Virus record (IMG/VR): IMGVR_UViG_3300021335_000025
Span: 1 to 52,902 of that record
Source of the DNA: a virus
Taxonomy: Duplodnaviria > Caudoviricetes
Reading direction: 5' to 3' (one strand)
Length of the DNA stretch: 52,902 nucleotides
Shown: one piece after another, positions 37,201 through 45,778 of the stretch
How the letters are laid out: every line of letters starts with the position of its first letter
Numbering within the stretch: the stretch's first letter is position 1
Made by a program: the position numbers and the translations under genes
The notes under the pieces: generated by a model
Told to the model about the DNA's origin: nothing
The model's database searches: none
The model's input: the letters and a program-made list of their open reading frames with translations, nothing else

Positions 37201-37585
37201 GATCTTCTATATCATCAATTGGTTCTACCCGACTTGCTTTTATTGCTTCTGGAGAACCTGCTAAAAGTTTTGATGAGTCCGTTGGTTTATTTTGTTCTCT
37301 ATTTCTTCTTCCAAAGAAACTATCTACATTTACTGTTTTCTTTGGTGCAGTAGTAAATGTAGATTCCTTTAAATCTCTTATTCTTTTTCTTTCATTGGCA
37401 ATTTTTGCCAAATCTTCTTCGGATAACTTTAACTTTTCATCGAAAGCACCTTTTGCGATTGCTTCCTTCATTAAAGTCATATATTCATCATATTCTAAGT
37501 CAAAGTTATCCTCCAACCCAAGAATTTTGGCAATTTCTGGATCTATGGTTTGGGTTTTAGTTTGGGTTGGATCCTCGGCTGCCAT
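34214..37585 (-). CDS. Tape-measure-like (gp29-position) protein, repeat-rich (1123 aa)
   Basis: Coiled-coil then hydrophobic helices; tape-measure-type motif EGGVV...GPDQYLTALSLGEYVL...AV; follows gp26/gp51. Confidence 0.7.
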   Translation of the reverse strand: MAAEDPTQTKTQTIDPEIAKILGLEDNFDLEYDEYMTLMKEAIAKGAFDEKLKLSEEDLAKIANERKRIRDLKESTFTTAPKKTVNVDSFFGRRNREQNKPTDSSKLLAGSPEAIKASRVEPIDDIEDQKDNTVDKLYKFLNGDLLSIVKEIRSLTEDIVNIFKKQSQANEKSGEKNRIEKNKQKKAGKENKLESKKQSSKGSKLLDKVIKPFTNIFDTIKNFIMMVLLGSAVNWLFSVIKNPKILLQPIQDLFDGIVGVFNSILQFIDNKLIQPVRGFIDSINSAISGFIDMINGALKFIPGAPQLPNDPDKGVIPNIPKIPELQAPDIVGNREPEPAEPQQKQQSAPGVNVKFNGGSITKLSPVLTKNTGGSITKLSPVLTKNTGGSITKLSPVLTKNTGGSITKLSPVLTKNTGGSTTPPQRKTPTIGNDTVSIEGGVVNNNTVNTKISGLGPDQYLTALSLGEYVLKPGAVNWLGGEEYLDKVNYMFGGRSERRTASIGDINIEAMNTGGSVGGRRNDAHKGGGSSTTTPTQNAPKVETKQSESKGSTEYKLNQGDSSNNAPKDETKQSESKGSIEYKLKKSDPPNNAPKVETKEGRQLIPDEYVKNTKHTTHIKVGDKEKKNYVIRYEKTGDTYIVKQINKLVQSSFLGLNDKFTGVNPQSPEGKLVTNSIELKNWFNDYDNMSLLDSKKIKIESHKDADLWFWYSRSYKANYDYWKKLNVTEKEARIFAAKAAAEFAMPGKNKDDEGVTLMPGADNPAAAPEYLRTVAVDSDNTSSSSSSIQAKYDPNFKIEGGKIKQFYLDALADGSYTGKRNISSSSASNFISNTNTTNTTNTTNNNTNNTNNNTTNNNTTNNTNNNTNTTKQLVRGMGGSGSSILNPTKTAASMNNTTNTTTNTTKQLVRGMGGSGSSILDPTKTAASMNNTTNTTTNNTNNNTNNIKQLVRGMGGSGSSILDPTKTAASMPHVFEAAKEARAKARAEGLSPEEVEKRVIVASENAKRNGPSFKSLTPTSSQSNQPRKTLLQTTFQNRRENRGSSYTPPTQPQITPTKTPTIPSIPQSRSSTTIIPMPGGENQSKTMKTGMTKTGTTSIPTINSFDDNQQTMVTVAAIYNIWGM
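34676..35090. repeat. 73-bp repeat x3 interspersed with TAG/TAT microsatellite
   Basis: Copies at 34676-34748, 34802-34874 and 34907-34979 encode KQLVRGMGGSGSSIL(D/N)PTKTAASM; spacers encode Asn/Thr runs. Confidence 0.9.
35136..35225. repeat. 90-bp dispersed repeat, copy 2
   Basis: 87/90 identical to 30539-30628. Confidence 0.9.
35792..35977. repeat. ~81-bp degenerate tandem repeat x2.3
   Basis: Encodes NAPK(V/D)ETKQSESKGS(T/I)EYKL twice plus NAPKVETK. Confidence 0.8.
36333..36517. repeat. 45-bp tandem repeat x4 (NTGGSITKLSPVLTK)
   Basis: Unit cc(a/g)cccgtattcttagtaagaacgggactaagtttagtaatagat at 36333, 36378, 36423 and 36468. Confidence 0.93.
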
Positions 37586-37591
37586 GAATTA

Positions 37592-37765
37592 CTAACTCTT
37601 TTGTTGTTGTTTTTGCCTTTCTTCTTCCAAGTGCTGTTCCAATAATGTAACATATACATCACGTTCCCAAGGCATCATATTTTCAATCTCAGTCAATGAA
37701 TATTTATGATACTGAATCAAGGCAAAATTCAACTTATAATAGTTAGCAAGGTCCATATGGACCAT
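37592..37765 (-). CDS. gp51: Baseplate hub assembly protein gp51-like (57 aa; possibly frameshift extension of gp26)
   Basis: Not in track. MVHMDLANYYKLNFALIQYHKYSLTEIENMMPWERDVYVTLLEQHLEEERQKQQQKS. Confidence 0.8.
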   Translation of the reverse strand: MVHMDLANYYKLNFALIQYHKYSLTEIENMMPWERDVYVTLLEQHLEEERQKQQQKS

Positions 37766-37767
37766 GG

Positions 37768-38490
37768 CTATCCGAAAAAACTAGAAAGTCCTTCAAGAAC
37801 AACCTCACTTTCAACTTTAGTATTTGGATTTTTAATAATAGTTGAATAATGTAGTTTTGGCATAGTTTCAAAGAACTTCTCAATTTGCTTAAATTGGGTC
37901 GAGTTCATCTGTTCTAAGAAATCAACCAGTTCTTTCTTGGTTACATCGGAAGAAGCCCAAACTTCCTCAGAATTGTAAATTTTATCAATACAAGAAACAA
38001 TCAAATCAAATGATTGATCCATATTATTTGCATCTGCAGAAAAATCAAAATTACTCTTGATAAATTGTTCAAGTGATGGATACTTCATTTCCATCATCAA
38101 ATTATCATCAATTTTGATTTGATTTGTATGCTCATCATTTCGTTTAATTTGAATTTCATCAATCGCAATTTCTTTTTTTACGGTTGTATCATTATCATCA
38201 GGACAAATTAGATTGACATCAATCACTTCTCCTACTGATTTTCCACGAATGTTAAGAAAGAGATATTCAATATCAAATGTAGGAAGCGTTTCTACTTTAA
38301 CTCCCCTAGTTTGAATGCAGTTTTTAATAACCGTTTTAATTGCAGTTGTGATTTCCTTTGTGTCTTCACTCTCTAATGCAAGAACTAATAGTTTTTCTTC
38401 CCTAACTAAAAATGGTCTATACTTAATGTTTTGTCCAGTTGATGGCAATTCCAACTCATATGTTGGTGTCGAAATCTTTGGTAATGGCAT
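37768..38490 (-). CDS. gp26: Baseplate hub subunit / assembly chaperone gp26
   Basis: MPLPKISTPTYELELPSTGQNIKYRPFLVREEKLL...FDIEYLFLNIRGKSVGE...LEGLSSFF. Confidence 0.85.
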   Translation of the reverse strand: MPLPKISTPTYELELPSTGQNIKYRPFLVREEKLLVLALESEDTKEITTAIKTVIKNCIQTRGVKVETLPTFDIEYLFLNIRGKSVGEVIDVNLICPDDNDTTVKKEIAIDEIQIKRNDEHTNQIKIDDNLMMEMKYPSLEQFIKSNFDFSADANNMDQSFDLIVSCIDKIYNSEEVWASSDVTKKELVDFLEQMNSTQFKQIEKFFETMPKLHYSTIIKNPNTKVESEVVLEGLSSFFG

Positions 38491-38520
38491 TGTTTATTGA
38501 ATGATGTATTCAGGTTGTTT

Positions 38521-38528
38521 TATTTATC
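38521..38528 (-). promoter_or_regulatory. Late promoter variant GATAAATA
   Basis: NATAAATA 30 nt upstream of gp26. Confidence 0.6.
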
Positions 38529-39393
38529 AACCAATATTTGATGTTCCTCCGAATGGACCAAAATCCCCAATTGATCCATTAATATTTTGCTGTCTTTGAG
38601 GAGGTATATCTAAAAGTGATACATTTGGATTAAAATCAAATCCTCCACCATCTGGTAATGTGTAGGTCGATCCATTCAATGGTTCAATTCCAAAATCAAA
38701 GTTATTACTATTTTGAAATGCTTGTACTTGAGGATTAAAAGGAATATCTATTGCTGATTCTGCTGATGTCGAATAAGGACTAAACTTACTTCTAATCACA
38801 TATCTAGTATATGAAAAGGAAACAGTTACTTTTAATAAATCGCTTTGATCGTAGGAAATTGGAGTTGATGCGATATTGATAGGAAATGCATCTATAAAAT
38901 CATATCCTATTCTATAGTTTGGTGAAGATGTTGAAATGTCCTTTTCAAATTTTAAAAGTTTAATTTTTGTCTTATATGAGAAAGGATAAGTCATTCTATA
39001 AAATGTTGTTGGATCAATATAGTCATTTTGAGTAAAGTAATTTCCTTCACCAACAATAAAACTCATCCAGGCCAAAAAATATTTTAAAGTATTATATCTA
39101 TAATCAATATAAAAAGTTAAATCAATTGTATCGTCATATATTCTACGATATGCCATTTTTTCACTAGTTCCATGATAATCATTATTAGATTCGTGAGTTG
39201 CTAAACTAGATCCTGGAAGACTTGCTTCGCAACAAGATAAATTAATAATCTCCTGTTCCTTTGATAAAGTTACCCCTACAAAACTATTAACCTTTTGATT
39301 TGTTAAAATTTCGACAGAATATACTGAAGTTTGTGCTGGGCGCAATAACTTTTGCTTAATTTCTGACACTTTATAATGTCTAGCTAATCCCAT
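38527..39393 (-). CDS. Tail-tube-fold protein (baseplate tail tube initiator, gp54-like)
   Basis: CEASLPG...YRRIYDDTIDLTFY...DAFPINI...LLKVTVSFSY tube-fold motifs; divergent from gp4. Confidence 0.7.
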   Translation of the reverse strand: MGLARHYKVSEIKQKLLRPAQTSVYSVEILTNQKVNSFVGVTLSKEQEIINLSCCEASLPGSSLATHESNNDYHGTSEKMAYRRIYDDTIDLTFYIDYRYNTLKYFLAWMSFIVGEGNYFTQNDYIDPTTFYRMTYPFSYKTKIKLLKFEKDISTSSPNYRIGYDFIDAFPINIASTPISYDQSDLLKVTVSFSYTRYVIRSKFSPYSTSAESAIDIPFNPQVQAFQNSNNFDFGIEPLNGSTYTLPDGGGFDFNPNVSLLDIPPQRQQNINGSIGDFGPFGGTSNIG

Positions 39394-39438
39394 AGCACTA
39401 AAATAAATACTTTTACTTATATATTATGTAGTAAGGTA

Positions 39439-39885
39439 ATGAGAGATAAATATCATCAAGGAAAATTTCACCCCCAAAATCCGGAAAAATATAAAGGTGA
39501 TGTAAGAAATATAATCTACAGAAGTTCTTGGGAACTTCGTTTTATGAGATATTGTGATAGAAAAGTCAATATTCTAGAATGGGGAAGTGAAGAATTTTTT
39601 ATTCCTTATATCTCTCCAGTTGATGGTAGAGTTCACAAATATTTTCCAGATTTTTTTGTAAAAATACAAGAAAGAAGTGGTGCAATAAAAAAATATGTTA
39701 TAGAAGTTAAACCAAAAAGTCAAACAAAAAGACCAATCAGGACTCCAAGAAAACGAAATAAAACTTTTATTACAGAAGCACTTACATACGAAAAAAATGT
39801 TGCTAAATGGAAAGCAGCACAAGAGTGGTGTCAAGATCGTATGTTAGAATTCAAAATCATAACAGAAGATGAATTGGGCCTATAA
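39439..39885 (+). CDS. gp4: Head completion nuclease gp4
   Basis: GKFHPQNPEKYKGD...YRSSWE...WGSEE...YFPDF...IEVKP. Confidence 0.9.
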   Translation: MRDKYHQGKFHPQNPEKYKGDVRNIIYRSSWELRFMRYCDRKVNILEWGSEEFFIPYISPVDGRVHKYFPDFFVKIQERSGAIKKYVIEVKPKSQTKRPIRTPRKRNKTFITEALTYEKNVAKWKAAQEWCQDRMLEFKIITEDELGL

Positions 39886-39894
39886 ATATAAATA
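39881..39894 (+). promoter_or_regulatory. Two overlapping T4 late promoters TATAAATA
   Basis: TATAAATATAAATA upstream of gp48. Confidence 0.8.
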
Positions 39895-39924
39895 AAGGAC
39901 TTATAGAACTATAAGTAATATCTG

Positions 39925-41337
39925 ATGGCTCAAATAACCAACGATCTGCCTTGGAAAAAAATACCAACAAGAATTTTAGTAAATGTTGATACTGGTCAAG
40001 CTGAAGTTTTTGCAAAAGAAGGTATTTTTGGAGATACTAAAATAGCAGAAGTTGGTGCAAATAATGAATGGACAGTTACTAATATTTCTGCATTAACAAA
40101 AAAATATAATAATTTAAACGGAACAAAATTAACAGAAGCACAAGTTCAAGATATATTTGATGTTGAAGGTGTTAAAACATTTAACATTGAAAGAGCAAAA
40201 ATAATAAATGCCAATTCACCATTTAACACGAAAGTATTTTTAGCAACTAAACAAAATCCAGTTCCTGGAGTTAAAGATCCAAATACAAACGCATTACCAA
40301 CGCAAACTGCCCCAACAGTTGCTACAACACAACCTGAACCTGTAACTGGTTCTAATCCTCAGAATGGTCCGGCATCAACGCCAACAAATGGTGATCCAAA
40401 CACCAATGGAACAAATACAGATATTGGAAGTCGAAAAAATAATTATCCAGATTCATTATTAGTTTATCCGGTAAAAAGAAAAAATGCAAACGGGGGAGAT
40501 TTTATTAAATTTGAAATTTTAAATTATCAAAAATCTGGATTAACAAATTCAAGTACAATTGCTAATGGATCTGTAGCATTACCCGGAATGGAATATAGAG
40601 ATCCTGGAAAACCACTTGCAACGATATATCTTCCAATTCAATCTGGAATTGTTGAAGGTATGTCCGTTGATTGGGGTGGTGGAGAACTAAATCCAATTAC
40701 TGCGGCATTTGCAAGTGCTGCATATTCAACAATAAACGCAGCTGAAAGTGGTAATCTTGGTAAATTTTTTGGTGGAGTTGCAACGGGTGCAGAAACAATA
40801 AAAGATCTTTTTAATAATGCAAGTCCAGAACTTAGACAATTAGCGGTAAATTTTTTTACAGAGCAATCAGTTAAAACAAACGGTCTTTTGTCAAGAACTC
40901 TTGGTGGGGCAATCAATAACAATCTAGAACTTCTTTTCAATGGTCCTATGTTGAGAAGTTTTACATTCAACTTCAAATTGACACCAAGAGAACCCAATGA
41001 AGCAGTAGTTATAAAAAAAATGATCAGATACTTTAAAAAGAGTATGGCACCAGCACTCTCAACAGCTCAACTCTTTTTATTGGCACCAAATGTATTTAAA
41101 ATATCTTATGTTTATACTGGTAAAGGTAATCTTAACGAAGATCATCCATATCTAAATAGAATTAAAGTTGCTGCCTTAAGAGATATTTCCGTAAATTATA
41201 CTCCAGATGGTAATTATATGACCTATCAAGATGGATCGATGACTCAATATGAACTCAATCTAACATTTGGAGAAATTGATCCAATTTATGAGAATGATTA
41301 TGAACTTAACGAAGGAAAAATCGGAACTGGATGGTAA
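39925..41337 (+). CDS. gp48: Baseplate tail tube cap gp48
   Basis: IYLPI...W...NNLELLFNGPMLRSFTFNFKLTPR...ISVNYTPDG...LNLTFGE; synteny gp4-gp48-gp53. Confidence 0.85.
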   Translation: MAQITNDLPWKKIPTRILVNVDTGQAEVFAKEGIFGDTKIAEVGANNEWTVTNISALTKKYNNLNGTKLTEAQVQDIFDVEGVKTFNIERAKIINANSPFNTKVFLATKQNPVPGVKDPNTNALPTQTAPTVATTQPEPVTGSNPQNGPASTPTNGDPNTNGTNTDIGSRKNNYPDSLLVYPVKRKNANGGDFIKFEILNYQKSGLTNSSTIANGSVALPGMEYRDPGKPLATIYLPIQSGIVEGMSVDWGGGELNPITAAFASAAYSTINAAESGNLGKFFGGVATGAETIKDLFNNASPELRQLAVNFFTEQSVKTNGLLSRTLGGAINNNLELLFNGPMLRSFTFNFKLTPREPNEAVVIKKMIRYFKKSMAPALSTAQLFLLAPNVFKISYVYTGKGNLNEDHPYLNRIKVAALRDISVNYTPDGNYMTYQDGSMTQYELNLTFGEIDPIYENDYELNEGKIGTGW

Positions 41338-41340
41338 AAA

Positions 41341-42006
41341 ATGGCACTTTACTTTAGAAATATACCAAATTTAGAATACATCAGTAGAGATGAAAATGCA
41401 ATCTCGGAATATTCTGAAACAAAAAACCTCTTTAAAAGAGGCAAAATAAGAGATGATATATTTGGAAATATTTCATACTTTAATAAGTATATAATAGTTG
41501 GAGATGAAAGACCTGATAATATAGCATTTAAAGTCTATAATGATGAAACATTAGATTGGGTAGTTATGCTGTCAAATAACATCCTAAATCTTTACGATGA
41601 ATGGCCTTTAACTCAAGAATCTTTTGATTCATATCTTATAGAAAAATATGGATCCTATGAAGCACTTAACAATATTCACCATTATGAAACAAAGGAGATT
41701 AAAGATTCTTCTGGAAAAATAATTTTAAAGTCTGGATTAGTAGTAAATCAAAACTTTACTCTTGAGTATTATGATTCTAATACTAAGAGATTATTGTATA
41801 ATATAGATGTTAAACATAGAATCACAAACTATGAGTATGAACAGAATATAGAAAATGAGAAAAGAAATATCTTTCTATTAAAAGATAATTACTTACCTTT
41901 AATTTTAGATGATGTGGAATCTAAATTAAAATATAAAAAGGGTAGTGACCAATACATTAGCCCTACCCTTAAGAGAGTTGATAATATTAGATTATATGAT
42001 AATTAA
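41341..42006 (+). CDS. gp53: Baseplate wedge subunit gp53
   Basis: YFRNIP...DERPDNIAFKVY...LDWVVMLSNNI...EWP...HHYET...TNYEYE. Confidence 0.9.
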   Translation: MALYFRNIPNLEYISRDENAISEYSETKNLFKRGKIRDDIFGNISYFNKYIIVGDERPDNIAFKVYNDETLDWVVMLSNNILNLYDEWPLTQESFDSYLIEKYGSYEALNNIHHYETKEIKDSSGKIILKSGLVVNQNFTLEYYDSNTKRLLYNIDVKHRITNYEYEQNIENEKRNIFLLKDNYLPLILDDVESKLKYKKGSDQYISPTLKRVDNIRLYDN

Positions 42007-42975
42007 TCAATCATCAACTAGTTTTTTAAAGTAACTCATTGCATCATCTTCATCTTCATCATCTTGATGGGATTTGGGAAGACTATTGATTTCCTCACGA
42101 AGTTCTGAAGTAAGTGACTTACTCTTATTATAAGATTCTTCGAGTTCTTTCAGGACATCTTCCTCACTGTTTTTGGGTTGAGAATAAGATTCCAGTGCAT
42201 CTTCTTGTTCATAAGTAGATACTTTTGGAGCAACTTTTCCAATACCAAGAACGTAATTTAGACGCTTTTCAAGTTCTTCATAGGTCTTGAATTGATCAGG
42301 AGCAGCAAGGGCAGCAAGAGAATACTGCTTTTTCCAGATTGTCTCCAGAGCATCGTCGTCATCAAACAGAGCACTAGAACGATCAAATTCAGACTTATCA
42401 TAATTCCAGTAACCTTCAACCTTACGAATCTTAAGGCGGAAGTTTGCACCAGACCAGAAATCAAAAGGATTGATCGGATCTTCATCATCAAACTCTGGTT
42501 GCATAGCATTCATAATCTTATCAAAGATCTTCTTACCATACTTAAACAGGAAAACTTTACCTTCGTTCTGAGGATTTGCAGGATCCTTTACGACATAGAT
42601 GTTGGAGTAATATGATAGTTTACGCTTCTGCTTACGAACAGTTTCCTTATCCTTATCATTACCACTGTTCCAAAGAGTACGATTATACTCAGTTACAGGG
42701 TCTTTCTGACCAAGAGTAGTCAGAGAATTTTCGATATACCAACCACCATTTCCTTGGAATCCGTGAGAAAAGATTTTTGCCCAAGGAAGGTCTTCACCTT
42801 CTGGAGCAGGAAGGAAACGAATAATTGCTGAACCAACACCGCTCTTATCCATTTCGGGTTTCCAATAACGGTCATCTGCGCTGCTAGGACCATTGTTCAT
42901 CTTTTCAACTTCTTTCACCAGTTTGTTGGTGAGAGAACCCAGTTTGGACTGCTTCTTAAGACTTTCGAATGACAT
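42007..42975 (-). CDS. gp32: Single-stranded DNA-binding protein gp32
   Basis: DDRYWKP...IRFLPAP...HGFQG..GWYIEN...YGKKIFDKI...GANFRLK...NYDKSEF, acidic tail. Confidence 0.95.
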   Translation of the reverse strand: MSFESLKKQSKLGSLTNKLVKEVEKMNNGPSSADDRYWKPEMDKSGVGSAIIRFLPAPEGEDLPWAKIFSHGFQGNGGWYIENSLTTLGQKDPVTEYNRTLWNSGNDKDKETVRKQKRKLSYYSNIYVVKDPANPQNEGKVFLFKYGKKIFDKIMNAMQPEFDDEDPINPFDFWSGANFRLKIRKVEGYWNYDKSEFDRSSALFDDDDALETIWKKQYSLAALAAPDQFKTYEELEKRLNYVLGIGKVAPKVSTYEQEDALESYSQPKNSEEDVLKELEESYNKSKSLTSELREEINSLPKSHQDDEDEDDAMSYFKKLVDD

Positions 42976-43046
42976 TTTGTACCTCGTATTTGTTAGTATT
43001 TGGCCTGTGGGGTTTGCTTTGGTGCGGATTCCCTAGCCGCTGACCT

Positions 43047-43075
43047 AGAATAGCACTGAAACTACTCCTTGTCAA
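43047..43075 (-). promoter_or_regulatory. Sigma70 promoter for gp32
   Basis: TTGACA-17 nt-TATTCT with TGn extension. Confidence 0.7.
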
Positions 43076-43394
43076 TAGCCTCTTTCATAGTGTCAATGAG
43101 GCGAGTCATATTACTGAAAATCATATTAATATCAGAAGTTTTAGGGATTCCCATCGCCTCAGCAGATTCTAATACTTTTTCCTTCATATCTTTTGCTTCT
43201 GGATCATCCGATAAACTCAATCTAGTATATAGGATTTGTTGCTTTTCGAGAAGTTTCTGTAGCAAATCAACATGTTGAAGTTTTTCTTCTTTGTTCATCA
43301 TAAAGAATTTATAAACATTGTGATATATTTCTTCTTGTAATTCAGAGATTTCTGCCATCTCTGCTCGTACAACTTCTGAGTCGAAAAAACTCAC
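43062..43394 (-). CDS. DUF1825-like conserved cyanophage protein (110 aa)
   Basis: MSFFDSEVVR...LLEKQQILYTRLSLSDDPEA. Confidence 0.75.
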   Translation of the reverse strand: MSFFDSEVVRAEMAEISELQEEIYHNVYKFFMMNKEEKLQHVDLLQKLLEKQQILYTRLSLSDDPEAKDMKEKVLESAEAMGIPKTSDINMIFSNMTRLIDTMKEAIDKE

Positions 43395-43987
43395 AATACT
43401 ATCTCCTTTAAAATTTTCTTATATTTAAATACATCAATATGTATGAATGGAAAATATTTTGCAATTCTCATTGATACAAATTTCCAAATAGGGTCATCCA
43501 ATTTCTTATCGAAGTTTTTTCTGTATCCAAAAATAGAATCAAGAATAACCATCGTCTCTAAAGATAAATTTCCTTGTAAAAATATCTTTAGTAATCTTGG
43601 ATGACTTCCATTTTTGATAGTAAATAAATCTTCCATTGAATTTTCACTAAAAAGTTTTTCAATTTCTTCTTTAAATACATAAGAAAGAGATTGAGTTCTT
43701 TTTTTCCAAAGAGAAAATCTCTTTTCTCCTTCATTAATTATTTCTCCAATCCATAAAGATTCTGGGTCATTACATAAAACAAAGTTGGCAACAAAAAAAC
43801 TGACAATTTCCTCGTCAGTTTTTTGTCTACTCATTTTTTCAAACCACATTCTATCTTTACGTTTGTAGAATGCTTGCAAAGATGCTTTTACTTTGCCATT
43901 ATATCTCAAATAATCATATTTTGGTTTTGTAAAATGATTCTTGAGGGCAAGGTATGTCTTATAGCAATTCAGGGGATCCAATTTCAA
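43391..43987 (-). CDS. gp59: Helicase loader gp59
   Basis: YKTYLALKNHF...YDY...F.KRKDR..FEK; T4 synteny 33-59-32. Confidence 0.85.
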   Translation of the reverse strand: MKLDPLNCYKTYLALKNHFTKPKYDYLRYNGKVKASLQAFYKRKDRMWFEKMSRQKTDEEIVSFFVANFVLCNDPESLWIGEIINEGEKRFSLWKKRTQSLSYVFKEEIEKLFSENSMEDLFTIKNGSHPRLLKIFLQGNLSLETMVILDSIFGYRKNFDKKLDDPIWKFVSMRIAKYFPFIHIDVFKYKKILKEIVL

Positions 43988-44274
43988 AATACTAAACGTG
44001 CCTTAGATGTTTTTTTCAAAAAGTTAAGTTCCATTGCCTGATATTTAATCTTTTCTTTCAATGGTTTTGAAAGTAACTTTGGAACAGATTCTAATTCAAT
44101 GTTATTTCTTTCACAAAAGATAATAATTGCATCAATATAATTTACATCATCATTCTCTTGGACAATTTTTTCAATTTCTTGAGCAAACTTAGATGGACAA
44201 ACAAATCTTTCTCCCAAAATCTTATTGAACTCTTTTTCTATTTTATTATTCATTATTTCCAGTATTGTGGGCAT
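43984..44274 (-). CDS. gp33: Late transcription coactivator gp33
   Basis: NYIDAII.FCE.NNIE.ESVPKLLSKPLKEKIK..AMELNFLK; start may be 44253. Confidence 0.85.
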   Translation of the reverse strand: MPTILEIMNNKIEKEFNKILGERFVCPSKFAQEIEKIVQENDDVNYIDAIIIFCERNNIELESVPKLLSKPLKEKIKYQAMELNFLKKTSKARLVF

Positions 44275-44298
44275 AAAAATTTTGTAATAGTGAAATCA

Positions 44299-44327
44299 AT
44301 AATACCAAATAATTTAAAAAATGTCAA
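44299..44327 (-). promoter_or_regulatory. Sigma70 promoter upstream of gp33
   Basis: TTGACA-17 nt-TATTAT with TGn. Confidence 0.7.
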
Positions 44328-45001
44328 GAAATATTCGCAAGTTTGTCGTTTAAAAACTTTTTAATATACTTAACAAGAATTTTTAGATATTTTGATTTGT
44401 CATATTCTTCATATACAACACACTCTCCATTCTCGCAAGCCATAATAATCACGAACTTCTTAACAGATATTCCTGTCAATTCGTGTAGCATACAAGCATA
44501 AGCACAGCATTGAACAAAATACCCTTCAATCCATTCTCGCGGTTTTGGTTTTGCAGAAGTTTTGAAGTCAACGATTGCCAATTCTCCATCAAATTCAGCA
44601 ATACAATCCACTGTTCCAGCAATTCCTAAAAATTCACTGTAAAGAGATCCTTCAAGCGCAAGGATATTATTTATCCTGTTTAAAGTTGGTTTGGAAATCC
44701 TAAACAGAATCTCTGAAATAGGTTGAACATCGGATAATTTCCGATTATATAAGTGATCCTCAACAAGAAGGTGGAAATCGGTTCCACGACTTGTTGCTCG
44801 TTTTGTAATCTTATCTGCTTCTTCTTCACCAACCCTCTTTCTCCATTTTTGAAAGAAATCTTTTTTATAGTGACTGATTACAGAAGTGATAGAAACAAGT
44901 CGTAGAACTTCTTCTTTTGTAGGAACTTTATAATAACGAACGCCATCAATCAATTCCCTGGTAAGTGTGGGAAATTCAGTTTCAATGTGATTAAAAATCA
45001 T
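44324..45001 (-). CDS. PD-(D/E)XK exonuclease
   Basis: SITSV, RGTDFH, AGTVDC...IVDFKTS...YFVQCCAYA. Confidence 0.85.
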   Translation of the reverse strand: MIFNHIETEFPTLTRELIDGVRYYKVPTKEEVLRLVSITSVISHYKKDFFQKWRKRVGEEEADKITKRATSRGTDFHLLVEDHLYNRKLSDVQPISEILFRISKPTLNRINNILALEGSLYSEFLGIAGTVDCIAEFDGELAIVDFKTSAKPKPREWIEGYFVQCCAYACMLHELTGISVKKFVIIMACENGECVVYEEYDKSKYLKILVKYIKKFLNDKLANIS

Positions 45002-45771
45002 TAATTAATTCCTAGTTCAAGTTTTGCCAAAATATATTCTTTACAAATACCAGAACGAACAATGTCTTCTGGTCCAAATTCAATAAGATCGAAAGATGGC
45101 ATAATTCTTAAGATCTTCATAAAATCAATAATACCATTCTTTTCGTTTGTCTTGATCAAGTCTGACTGAGTTGCATCTCCACAGAACATAATCTTAGAAT
45201 CTTGTCCAACTCGGGTGATAATGGAATCCAATTCGTGGAAATTAAGATTCTGAAACTCATCAACAATAATAATAGCATTATCTAAAGTTGTTCCTCTAAT
45301 AAAAGAGGTTGACCAGAAACTGATAGTTCCTTGTGCTTTCAGAGATGCATATAGCATTTCAAATGAAGGATCATCAGGCATCTCGAACATAAATTTTACC
45401 ATATTTTTGTATGGTATTTGGTACAGAGATGATTTATCCTCGTGATCTCCTGGAAGAAATCCAATCTCTCTAGTGGCAACAAGAGATCTTACAATATAGA
45501 TTTTATCGTATGGAGACCTTTCATTTAATACCTCACATAATGCATTATAAAGAGTAATGAAAGTCTTTCCAGTACCAGCACATCCATATGATACCAAATT
45601 TTGTCCCGATTTGAAAGATTCAAATAATTTTGTTTGATTTTCTGTTAGAGGTTCAATATCCAACAATTTATCAGAATTAATTTGATTCTTTCTTTTTCTC
45701 AACAACCTAGCATTTGGGACTTCTGACCCCATTGGATGGATGTCTCCACTGCTCTTTCTTTTTCTTGCCAT
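45001..45771 (-). CDS. phoH: PhoH-family ATPase
   Basis: GCAGTGKT Walker A, IGFLPG, FIRGTT, IVDEFQN, RVG, GDATQSDL, DIVRS. Confidence 0.95.
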   Translation of the reverse strand: MARKRKSSGDIHPMGSEVPNARLLRKRKNQINSDKLLDIEPLTENQTKLFESFKSGQNLVSYGCAGTGKTFITLYNALCEVLNERSPYDKIYIVRSLVATREIGFLPGDHEDKSSLYQIPYKNMVKFMFEMPDDPSFEMLYASLKAQGTISFWSTSFIRGTTLDNAIIIVDEFQNLNFHELDSIITRVGQDSKIMFCGDATQSDLIKTNEKNGIIDFMKILRIMPSFDLIEFGPEDIVRSGICKEYILAKLELGIN

Positions 45772-45778
45772 GTGTTAA

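Noticed and set aside
840-37585. Inteins, introns or homing endonucleases in the giant ORFs
   Set aside because: No intein terminal motifs or LAGLIDADG, HNH or GIY-YIG signatures recognised.
39439-42006. Plus-strand block as an inversion or mobile element
   Set aside because: gp4-gp48-gp53 in opposite orientation is a usual T4-like cyanophage layout; no recombinase or flanking inverted repeats seen.
44324-45001. Cas4 / CRISPR-associated nuclease
   Set aside because: No four-Cys Fe-S pattern, array or other cas genes; it fits the ordinary exonuclease beside phoH.
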